64,000 bases of DNA. Source: Zygnema circumcarinatum SAG 698-1b (taxonomy: Eukaryota > Plantae > Zygnematophyceae). The position numbers were made by a program, and so were the translations under genes. Shown piece by piece: positions 28,325 through 38,514 of this stretch. The notes under the pieces were generated by a model, which saw nothing but the letters and a program-made list of their open reading frames with translations, did no database searches and was not told where the DNA came from. The stretch covers positions 1,211,361 through 1,275,360 of the forward strand of contig CM074805.1 of the NCBI GenBank assembly GCA_037447605.1, in the 5' to 3' direction. The number at the start of each line of letters is the position of its first letter. Position 1 is the stretch's first letter.

Positions 28325-29341
28325 TGTGGAGACTTCTGAGTCTCCCTGAAGAGGCGGACGACGAGGATAGAATGTTAGTATCCTGCTTCTGGATTTGCTG
28401 AAGGGAGGACATGGCTTGCAGCCCTTTTCTTAGCCGTTTTTGCTCTCCACTTTATAAACAACATCCGAGGTATTTTACCACTCTACCATGCAGATCTTTC
28501 GGTAGGAAAAATCACACTTGTCATCTCCCACAAGAGTTATTCTACCACGATTCATGCTCGTCCTTAACAACTGGCAATGAAACATTCAGCGACGCCAATG
28601 AGCCATTCATTCCAAAATCATCGACACAATTTTCAAAATGTTGCAAAAAAACTCCAAACCGAACAACGAGCTTCGAATTTCCCACCACTCAGAGCCCTCC
28701 ACTTGCTCTCTACAAAAGAAATGCACTCGCATCCTCACCTTCTTCGCTCCAGTCACTCTGCAGACTGATTTCTTGTGTGAACCTACACCTCTTTCTCTAT
28801 CCACACTCCTCCTCAGCTCCAACCCTATCAACTGACTCCTCCCCTGCCGAATGTGCAGAGCAGAACGCAACCCTAACCCTAACCCCAACCCTTCCCTTCC
28901 TCCCTGCCCTCTCAGTGAACCACACCAAGAGGCGCCCAAAGAGCGAGAGGAGGGCGAGAGAGGCCCCTCCTTCCCGCCAGCAGAGAGAAATAGGGCCGAG
29001 GGTCTGCGGCAGGCCCAGGCCATGGCCATGGCCGTCCCTTTCAGGCCCGGAGGGGGGGCAGCTGGCCGCGGCCGGGGGAATGGTCGCCTGCGTTTCCACG
29101 AAACTTCCCAAATCCAGGGACACGTGTCGCTCGCAGGGCCTCGGACGGCTTTGGAGGTTGGCCCGGACGACCAATGAGAGTGCAGGATTCCGGACGAACT
29201 GTACGGATTGGGATGAAGACCAATGGGAGATCACCACGTCATCGTTATGTAATACGTGGCAGGGAAGCAAGCAGAAAATAGTACAGTACTGCTGAAACTG
29301 CAGGAAATAATCGCAGAAGTACACACGAGTTGGATAGCAGT

Positions 29342-29447
29342 CAACATCAGCACAAGTTGAACCACGTCAGCACAAGTTGAACCATATCAGCACAAGTTGC
29401 ACCACGTCAGCAATTTGAACCACATCAGCACAAGTTGAACCACATCA
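29342..29447 (+). repeat. 20-bp minisatellite, left arm (~5.5 units, CAGCACAAGTTGAACCACRT)
   Basis: Directly visible tandem units. Confidence 0.95.
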
Positions 29448-29449
29448 TC

Positions 29450-29800
29450 TCGCTCCTTCGAGATGCACGGCCCCGGAAGCCCTCCTCCGGCGATCTTGGC
29501 TACCTTTTATCGACAGCGTATTTCCGTCGCCCTTCAGCGTTGCCTCGCTTCTACGCTTCTTCGGCGTGCTGCGGTTGTTGGTGATCGTGTTGGTGGACTT
29601 CCGCCGCTCCCTCCTCGCGACGTGCCTCACATCGGTGACCTTCGCGGCTGCTTCTAGGGGCTGCGTTGTTGTGCCTAGGCGTAGTTTTCCGCTCCTAGCT
29701 TCGTGTTATTGTGTTTCGGTCCTTTGTGACCAGTCCTTCGTGGTTCCACATTTTGCTTTTGTCCATGTATATTTGATGGCCTCGCCATCGCGAGGTCAAT
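29450..29800 (+). mobile_element. CRE-like retrotransposon 3' end, copy B (ORF tail intact to stop, plus 3' UTR)
   Basis: FYRQRISVALQRCLASTLLRRAAVVGD..DLRGCF*; ends in the shared GCCATCGYGAGNTCAAT. Confidence 0.6.
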
Positions 29801-29844
29801 GAAAGTTTCCTCCCTATAGCAGTCGAGTACAGGAAGGCCGAGAT

Positions 29845-30087
29845 GCTGATGTTGTTCAAATTTTGCTGATGGTGTTCAAAATGTGCTGATGTGGTTCAAC
29901 TTTTGCTGATGTAGTTCAACTTGTGCTGATGTGGTCCAACTAGTGCTGATGTGGCTCAACTTGTGCTGATGTGGTTCAAATTGCTGACGTGGTGCAACTT
30001 GTGCTGATATGGTTCAATTTGTGCTGACGTGGTTCAACTTGTGCTGATGTTGTCCAGCTTTGCTGACGTCGTTCAACGTTGCTGACG
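29845..30087 (-). repeat. Same 20-bp minisatellite in inverted orientation, right arm (~12 units, TGCTGATGTGGTTCAACTTG)
   Basis: Directly visible tandem units; reverse complement of the left arm. Confidence 0.95.
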
Positions 30088-30132
30088 CAATCTTGTCTGG
30101 ACCTGTGACTAGGTACTACTGTATGGCAAAAA

Positions 30133-30406
30133 GTCCGTACAAGGGACTTGTAGAGTTTTAGATTTCCGGATTAGAACGACCTAATATCTAAACGTTTCAG
30201 AGTTTTAGCACACTTTTAGAATGACCCTACAACCGTTGAAATTGAACAGCGTGTACGGTCTTACGGTCGGCGAACTGGCGCTGGCCGTCATTGAGTTAAC
30301 CGTACAACCAAACAACCGTACGACTGTCCAGCCGTTCTAAAAGTGTTTTATAAAACAGCCTGACTCAGAATTTCCGATTGGAATTCTAATAAACGACACT
30401 GCGTTC
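30133..30406 (-). repeat. ~270 bp dispersed repeat, copy 2, abutting the COAD gene 5' region
   Basis: Reverse complement matches 12700-12962. Confidence 0.8.
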
Positions 30407-31055
30407 GAATGAATCCATCCCTACCCGAGACCCTCCCCTCTCGACCTGCTGCTGCTGCTGCTGCTGCTGCTGCTCGCCCTCAAGCTTGCTGCTCCTGCTT
30501 CTGGGAATGCATGGTATGCTGGCCGGGGTGGAAGGGCCCCCGCCCGCCCTGCGCATTTCTCCCTCGTGCTGATGAAGTCTGCACCGGGCGGCGTGGAGCA
30601 GTGTGCGAGAATTTGGATTTGCTGATAGAGTGAGGCGCCTGCATCTGGCTGGATACCTGGTATGCCTCTGCGCTATACCTTCACCGCCTTTGCCCGCCTT
30701 ACCCTGAGAAAAGGCATAAAATAGATCAGGAGAATCAAAACTTGTAGACGAATTGATTGCACAGGGATGAGCATTAGCCTCCTGCCATCTCTCTCGCAGC
30801 CTTTTCTTTTCTCCCGCTTTTTTTTTTTTTTCTTTCTACTGGCGCCTCGTCCGTCCTGGAAAGGGAAACTCGAATCTCTAGCAGGGTTGATAAAAATATA
30901 TAGAGGACCTTTATCGTGCATTTCTGGGAGAATCTGCAGGAGGCGCTTCTGTGCAGGGATACATTGCAGCAGTGCAAATTGGATGTCGGCAAAAGAATAG
31001 ATAGTTGCGATTGAGCGTGCTCGACGGCATTGCCCTCCTTCACTGGGTGGACGAA

Positions 31056-32597
31056 ATGCAGAAGCAGTATCCAGCAGTGGTGCTGGGAGGCACGTTTGAC
31101 CGCCTTCACGATGGCCACCGGGCGCTTCTTGCGGTCAGAAAAGTTTTGAATTTTTTTTTACTTCAGCTTTTGGAAGCTTTTATTGGTCCCTTCCTATTTT
31201 TTACCTCCCAGTTTTGCTAGTCCCGTCCTGCCCATGTATGTTTCAATTGTTGTACTGCTGCACTCCGTAGGAACTTTCTTTGGGTGTTAAAATATTCAAA
31301 AGATGCACAGTGTTCGCCTGCAGGCAGCTGCAAATGTGGCAACTGAACGTGTGGTGGTGGGGGTCAGCACGGGGCCCATGTTGGCTAATAAGGAGGTATG
31401 CTCTTTGGCTGAAACTTTGGAGTTGGAAACTCACTGCAAGTATGAATAGTATGAGTTAAAACTGAAAGTAAAGCTGAACGTTTTCCCTCTGCCTCATTTA
31501 ATTCGTGCTAGTTTGCTGTTGGAGCTCCTGATAGAAAAAATTCACTGGAATTAGCGAGGAATTGGACCTGATGAATTTGGATAAAGGATTTCGAACCTTG
31601 ATATGTTGACGACCTATAGTTGTCGAGGTTTCAGCCAGCCCATTGCAATGTATAAAAGAACATGTTAAAAATAATTGGTACTTTTTTGCAGTACAAGGAG
31701 ATGATACAGCCACTTGATGTGCGACGGAGAGCTGTCCAGAATTTCATCAAGGTGAGTTTCACTTCGTTTGACCTGCCGGCCTCGAGCAATAGCGAGGAAA
31801 AAGTTGGAGCCGAAGCATAAAGCAGAACCTAAGTTCTTCAGATGATGTTGTTGTTGTTTCGACGACGACTGGAAGCAAATGAAAGACCACTTTTTTATCC
31901 TCATCTATATAGCAGGGTATTGTGGAACAATGGCGTGTTCGGATGCTGTCACTGCTTTTCAATCAGCTCGAATATCTTTTTTTAATCAATGTTATTATGC
32001 TAAGTGAAGGTTCCATGCTGTGCAGTCAGTTAAGCCCCAGCTGATGGTGCAAACAGAACCCATTGAAGACCCGTACGGACCATCAATTGTTGACGAGGGT
32101 CTCACTGCCATAGTAGTGAGGCATGTCCCACACTAAAGCAGCTTGTTGCTTTTTATAAAGTTCATCCCTCCCCCTCTCAATAAAAGCGAGCGGGGATAAA
32201 TTCTTCTCCTTTTCTGCATTTCTCCGATTCTTATCCTCTCCATATTGTTTTGATTTCCAGCCTGTTTGCTTGTTGTCTGGCAGCACAGAAACTGAGAAGG
32301 GTGGAGAAGCGGTCAATAAGAAACGAGCTGAGAGAGGCTTGCCCCAACTTGAGGTCAGATATCTTTCTGTCCCTTGAAGCAGCTGTCCTCTGTTCATGTG
32401 TGTGGCCCTGCTTAAGCACTCTCACATGGTGCACAAAACACTGTAATCTTTGATGGTTTCCATGTTTGAATGGACATGTGTGAATGCAGGTGGTTGTCAT
32501 TGACCTTGTTGAGGCAGTTGGAGGGGCCGAAAAGATAAGCTCCACGTTCTTGCGGCGTCAAGAAGCGGAGGCGAAACTTCCACACTCCCGAGCATGA
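31056..32597 (+). CDS. COAD: Phosphopantetheine adenylyltransferase (plant COAD type), 6 coding exons
   Basis: [15 protein letters not shown] (HxGH motif), [45 protein letters not shown]. One intron has a GC donor (32121). Confidence 0.93.
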
Positions 32598-33869
32598 GGG
32601 TGAAGGCGCCCAAGGATTGGACGTTGCTATGAGGGTTGGAGGACAGCAGCCCATGTACACTGCATGCAACCATGCCCTTGCCGGTCGACCTTGGAAGAAG
32701 CGCATAGCTTGCCTCTTCTTGGAAAAAGGAAACAGCTGTACCTGGCCTACCCATTGGAGCCCATCAAGAAGCCCTTTTCGAATGCTTCTATGCATGCGTG
32801 TTGCAAGCGGCTGCACAGGTCTACATGTCATCATTGTCTTGTGACCAAGATGGGCAGTGCTAATATTGTCAAAGAGCGCGACAGTGTAAGGAAAGAGAAG
32901 TCGGTACCGCCTTTCAAGTGGTTGCCGCCCACACAAGTCCTATCGCGGGAGGGAGAACGAGCAGTTGCCGAGGAGCCTCCAGCGTTGAAATACATCAAGG
33001 TCACTTCACCGTGACAGCGTGCAAACTGTAACTGGCGCTGGAACTGGCAGCGATCGTGTGGCGCATCTTTCGTGGCGACAGAACTGTATGTACATGTGAA
33101 AGGTCCCTTCCACGCATGCCAGCGTGGCATTCGTACGGTACTTTTGTAGGAATCTAACTGCCACGTGTGTGCCCATTTCCGGCAGCTGCGATTGGCTGTT
33201 TCTCCTCGCTAAGCGACAGCAGGTGCCGTCACGTGGCAAGCGCTCTGTCGCCGCCGACATACACGTGTGGATTAGATTGTAACAAATCTAGCGGTAGGTG
33301 CTATCCGGGGGAAGTGTGATCCAGGTCATCCTATGACACGTGACAGGCTCTGATTTGTAGAAAACTTTCCAATCTTTTCAGTTCCCGTTCTTTTTGGAGG
33401 GATTATACTGTTCGTACTACGTTCGTACACGTCCGTGCACGTTCGTACATGAGGTCGTCCCAGGGTACGCCCTGTCCTAGTTCAAATGCCAATTTTTGCC
33501 ACGCGTCGACGTTTAGTTCGCTGCAAGTCTGCCCTGAAAAAAAATTATCCTTTCTAACAAGAATTGTAAATCTTTTCTAAAATATTTTACACGTGCAAGT
33601 TGTCGCAGGCAGTGGCTGAAATCCTGCCGACATCCCTCTTGTGTGCCCGAAAAACATTTCTCCTGCCCGCTTCCCGGTCCTCGCGCTGCCCGCAGGACCT
33701 TGCATTCTTTGTTTACCTTTTTTTTGTTTAGCTCAAAAAGAGGCGGCGGCCGCCAGGCCCGCGCCGGAGCCCTCGAGGGAGGGAGGAAGAGAGGGAGAGA
33801 GGACGAAAGAGAGAGAGAGAGAGAGAGGGAAAGCGAGAGAGGGGGGAAGGGAGAGAGAGAGAGGACGCC

Positions 33870-36800
33870 ATGGCGGCTCCGCGCGCGCTTCCCGTGCTGC
33901 TTTTAGGGTTTCTAGTTGCAATCTGCCACGTGTCGCCCGCGGAGGGAACCACGATGGTCCCTGCAGACAGTGAGTGAGCGTCTGTCTCCTCGCGCCATAG
34001 ACGCCTACAGCCACGCGTTCCTGCTGGACCTCCCAATCTCCTCCCCCATTTTCCCATATCCACTGGCCGGCAGCCATGCCTCTGACCCTCCTTGCTCGCG
34101 TGCAGGGGCCGCCCTCCTGGCGGTGCGGGCGCAGTGGGGCGGGGGGGTCGCCCTCAGGGGGTGGGGGGGGGAGGGCGCGGACCGCTGCGAGGATTGGGAG
34201 GGCGTCGCCTGCACCGACCAGGGCCACGTCACACGCCTGTAAGCGCAAGGATATGAAGCCGCACATTCTGCATAAAAGAGAGAGAGAGAGAGAGTCAACA
34301 TGAGCTCAAAGGTTTTTTAAATTTGTTTTGTTTTTCTTTCCTTACTTGGACCGAAAGTCCTGTTCTGCGTTTGCCTGTTCATTGCTCTAAGTGAAAGAAC
34401 AATAGATTAACCTTTTTTTTGTTTTTGTTTTTCCTTAATGTCTGGCAGGGACTTAGCAAGGACTCCTCTGACCGGAACCATCTCGGAAGCCATCGGCAAT
34501 CTCACATCGCTAACCTTTGTGTGAGCCCTCATCATTGCTTCGCTTCAAACATTTGAACAAAAAATGAGCAAAAGCACTTATCAAATTAGAAGCATCCTGG
34601 ATCGTATCAGCAGTCCTCCTCCCAGCAGCCCAGTAATATACAGCGACACTCGTGTCGAAACTAGGCTCATTCAGCATATATTATATTTTGATTATTATTA
34701 TATTATTATTATATTGCGTTTCTGTGCCGCCCTACAGGGACTTCCAGCAAGCTTTTCTGCATGGAGCCATTCCGGAGAGCATCGGCAAACTCGTCAATTT
34801 GTCGCATTTGTGAGCATTTGTGACTCTTTTCTTTCCAATGCTTTGGACTACGCCCTTCAAAAAAAGACGCCGTACGGTTTCACAACGAACTCGTGACTTG
34901 AAGCTTTACGAGAAGAGGTTGGTTGCCTTTCGTTCTCAGTTTCAAAGGTTGGACGCGGACAGTATATGCCATCCCTTTGTCCTTTGAGCATATTTTTTGA
35001 TGGGTTTTTTCCCCTTTGTTTATGAGCCTTGACCGCATGCAATGCCCCCCCCCCTTTGTGTTTCCGTTCAGGGACTTGCACTACAACGCGCTCACCAACA
35101 TTCCGCGAGCGATCGGAAACCTTCGCAAACTGACTTACCTGTACACGCTCTTCCCTTCTGAACTCCTGAAAAAACCGCACACACATGCAATTTTTATTTC
35201 CTTTTTCTGCTTTCTTTTCAAAGTGGGGTCGTCGTTTACCATTCCCTCAGGCAAAAGATAGCAGGGTCGTCTTGCAACGCGTGACAACTGTCACGCATCA
35301 GATGTCAATACAGAATCAGAGTTGTCTGATGATGCCTAATCCTTTTCGATAAAGTTAAAGTCTCATGCAAACCCTAAAATTCACCACTTTCATGCTGGAT
35401 TGGAGTTGGGAAAATCCTGGAATTCTAGCGTACAATATTTGCAGCATTTTTTTTCACCTGCTTATTGTCGAATGTTCATACTCTTAAAAAAAAAAATCCT
35501 TTTTCTTTCAGGGACTTATCCAACAACGTGCTGAACGGAAGCATTCCGAATGCGATCGGAAATTTGATCCACCTCACGCACTTGTAAGTTCTTCTTTTCA
35601 AACTCAAAATTCAGTCATCGTAAAGGGGTCAATTTACTCGATTTTCTCGATTTTTTTTTATTGCGGCGACCCGAAAAATGAGTTTATGATTGTTCAATTT
35701 CCTTTCTAATTCATGTTTCGTTTTGTCTTCTTTCTTTTCCCCCTTTTTTTTTTTTTTGCAGAAAATTGTACTCTAATAGACTGAACGGAAGCATTCCGAA
35801 CTCAATCGGCAAAATGGTCAGCCTTAACATCTTGTACGTTTTTTTTTTTACTTTTTTTTTCTTCCTTGTCATTCTGACATCTTTGCTATGTTCGAGTTCA
35901 AACATTCCATACATACCCCTTTTGGTACGATTAGAAACCGGCAAATTCTAAAGAAAGAAAGTAAAAAAAAACTCTGTTTTGGGGGCAGGTGGTTATTCGA
36001 AAACCAGCTGAGCGGAAGCGTTCCGGAATCGATTTGCAGCCTCACAAATCTGACAAGTCTGTGAGTTTCTCAAGTTTAAAAACCCTAAAATTTCAATATC
36101 CTAAGCTCTTTTTTTATGATTTTAATAGTAATTATCTCAGTTTCTCTTTCGAAGAAACCCGTCTTACTCACCCTCCCCTCTCCCCTACTTCTTCTTTTCT
36201 ATTTTTCTCCCTCTCACTTTTCCTCTCTCTCTCTCTCCCTCTCTTTCTCCCTCTTTCTCCCTCTCTCTCTCTCCCTCACCTTCTCGCTTCCTCCCTCTCC
36301 TTCCCTCTCACTCTCTCTGAGACAGGTCTGTAAACACAAATCGGCTCACCGGAAAAATTCCAAAAGCTATCGGCAATTTAAACAAACTCGAAGGACTGTG
36401 AGCTTCTTTTCTCCCTCCTCAGCCAACGCTTCCTTCTTCTTGAATCAAATCTCACCATTCATTCTGGAGAGTTTTTTTTTTTTTGGAGGAATGCGGCTTT
36501 TTGGATTCGTTAATGACGAGACAGTATCATATATATTATATTATATTATATTCATTCATTTATTCATTCAGACAAACCATCATTTTTGCAGATGGTTTCA
36601 TGAAAATGAGATGAGCGGGGACATCCCAAAAAGTATCGACCTCCTCAAGGGCTTGTACACCTTGTACGTGTCCTCCTTACTTTTTCCTCCCAAACTTTCT
36701 TCTCATAAACGACGGAGAAGGAAAGAAAAAAAGAAACTCCCCTGCCTTTCATCTGCATAGAAACTCGTAGAGGTTCGCTTCATTAATTTTCAAATTCCCC

Positions 36801-37581
36801 ATTAGCCCTACGTTCACTTTCTATCCCTTCAACCATTCCATCAATCGCTCCCCTCATGCTGACTCCTCAACCCTCCTCGCTTTCTTTTACTTGACTCTTA
36901 TATCTTCAGGAATCTGCGCAACAACTACTTCACGGGCTCCATGTCTCTTGCAAGCACCGTCCTAGCTTACGTTGATGCAGAGATGAATTTCTTGTCCGGA
37001 CCCATCAACATGACCCGAAATGGCCGGCCTCTCTGCTCGTATGTCGCCAACAACTGCATATTCGCATACAACACGACCGCCGGATGCTCAAAGAACCAGA
37101 CTCAGAGGAGCCCCGAGGCGTGCGCCGCCTTCTGCAACAGCGGGGGAGGAGGAGGAGGAGGAGAGGGAGAGGGAGAGGGAGAGGGAGCATGCGGGGAAGG
37201 GGGCGCGTGCGACCCCAAAACGAGCACTTGTGTCTGCGACGCGGGATATGTGAGGAAAGGCAACACTTGTCGTTCTGCAGGTGAAGCACCCAACAGCCTA
37301 TAATGTTTCAATGGTTTTTTTTTTGCGGTGGAGTTACTTGAGATATGCGGTTGAATAGTGTTGACTCGTGCAATGTGAAGGGCTGAATCTCTGTACCGCT
37401 TTGAAGGAGGCTCCTTGAGACCCAATCAGTGCTGTATTTGGGTGTAATTTACCGTTCACTTTTCCATGGCTTAGGCCCACCCGTACGTCCTCCGCCGCGA
37501 CGACTTGCCCCCCCGCCCTCTTATCACCGTTCTCGAGCGCTGCCGAGTCGCCCAATGCGCCCTCCGCCACCTTCAATATGA
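33870..37581 (+). CDS. Secreted LRR protein: signal peptide, LRR N-cap, eight single-LRR exons, Cys-rich/EGF-like module, Pro/Arg-rich tail; no TM or kinase seen
   Basis: MAAPRALPVLLLGFLVAICHVSPAEG; cap CEDWEGVAC. LRR exons at 34449-34520, 34738-34809, 35072-35140, 35512-35583, 35762-35833, 35989-36060, 36326-36397, 36592-36663 match LxxNxLxGxIPxxIGxLxxL. Exon 36911-37281 has QRSPEACAAFC..CGEGGAC..CVCDAGY..C. Putative last exon 37475-37581 reads GPPVRPPPRRLAPPPS..RPPPPSI*; if unspliced, the gene ends at 37303. Confidence 0.85.
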
Positions 37582-38390
37582 ACCCGCCTGCATTGACTGC
37601 TGCAATACTTTTGGAACTCCTCGAGCACAGTCACGACCACCTCCTGCAGGTTTTCGTTTTGAGTGTGGGTTGAAGATAAGGTGAAGCACGAGCTTTTGGC
37701 CGCCGTTCCATGTGCTGGATGGAGACCCCAAATGGTGCAAGCTCATGTTGGGGATGTACAATACAGACTGTGTCATGCGGGTGGCCGACCTCCGTGAAGA
37801 TATGCTATTGGCGAGAGGGGACCGAGGACCAGACCAATGCGTTCATGTGCATTGCTTTGCTTACAAAGCGTTAAGAGTTTGTGTGCATGCTCTTTGTCTT
37901 CTGTGACAAAGCAAATTTTGAAGTGACTAGAACAAACGGCTATGTAAATGTTTGAGTGTATAACGAATTAGGTTAAGGGGAAAATTGTACTTGTTTGTTT
38001 ACGGAAAGTTCAAGTCCGACGTGTTGAATTGTTGTATTTGAAAAAATCCTTTTCTTTTAACATCTTTGTTCTTTTATTCCGAGTGCGAAATTTGCGTATG
38101 CGGCCTCAAAGCAGCGAGTGAATTGACTCCAAGGTCAGGGCTAGCCCTCATTCATTCATCCATGCTATATTCGCTTCCACTCGTGGTTTCTTTCCTCGCG
38201 AAAGTCGCTTTAAGGCGTGCAGCATCCCTCCAATCACAGGCGGCCGCGCGGCGTGCTGCAGAGGCCCGCGCGGAGACCGCGTCTCCATGTTCATGAATCC
38301 CCGTTCTGTTCCAAATCCAGTTACGTCCCATTTTCGCCAATCCCAGGACGGTCTCACCCGTGCGGTACCGACCGATACAGGATCTTCTCA

Positions 38391-38440
38391 GTGCCACGTG
38401 GCGCCCGGTCGTGGGGGGCTCCACGTGCCACGTGGCGCCC
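38391..38440 (+). promoter_or_regulatory. Duplicated G-box module (GTGCCACGTGGCGCCC x2 plus an overlapping CACGTG) ~75 bp upstream of the SOQ1 ATG
   Basis: Exact 16-bp direct repeat at 38391 and 38425. CACGTG is the established bZIP/bHLH G-box; function here is inferred. Confidence 0.55.
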
Positions 38441-38514
38441 CTGGAGGCTCACGTTTTTCTGGAGCCCCTTGTTGCCTGCTCCGGCCATCGCCTCTTGCAA
38501 GGGCGGGAGCAGCC

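Noticed and set aside
28868-28891. (CCCTAA)n as interstitial telomere
   Set aside because: Only 2-3 degenerate units in a 5' UTR-like region; at most a telo-box.
29342-30087. 20-bp repeat arrays as a CRISPR array
   Set aside because: Units are head-to-tail with no unique spacers, there are no cas genes, and the context is eukaryotic.
37220-37280. Functional link between the GT61 genes (EOGT family) and the LRR protein's EGF module
   Set aside because: The C5-C6 loop (CDAGYVRKGNTC) lacks the Ser/Thr at the EOGT consensus position, and proximity in a eukaryotic genome is not evidence of a pathway.
37334-37776. Minus-strand ORFs as a separate gene
   Set aside because: They overlap antisense the putative Pro-rich last exon and 3' region of the LRR gene and have no recognisable motifs.
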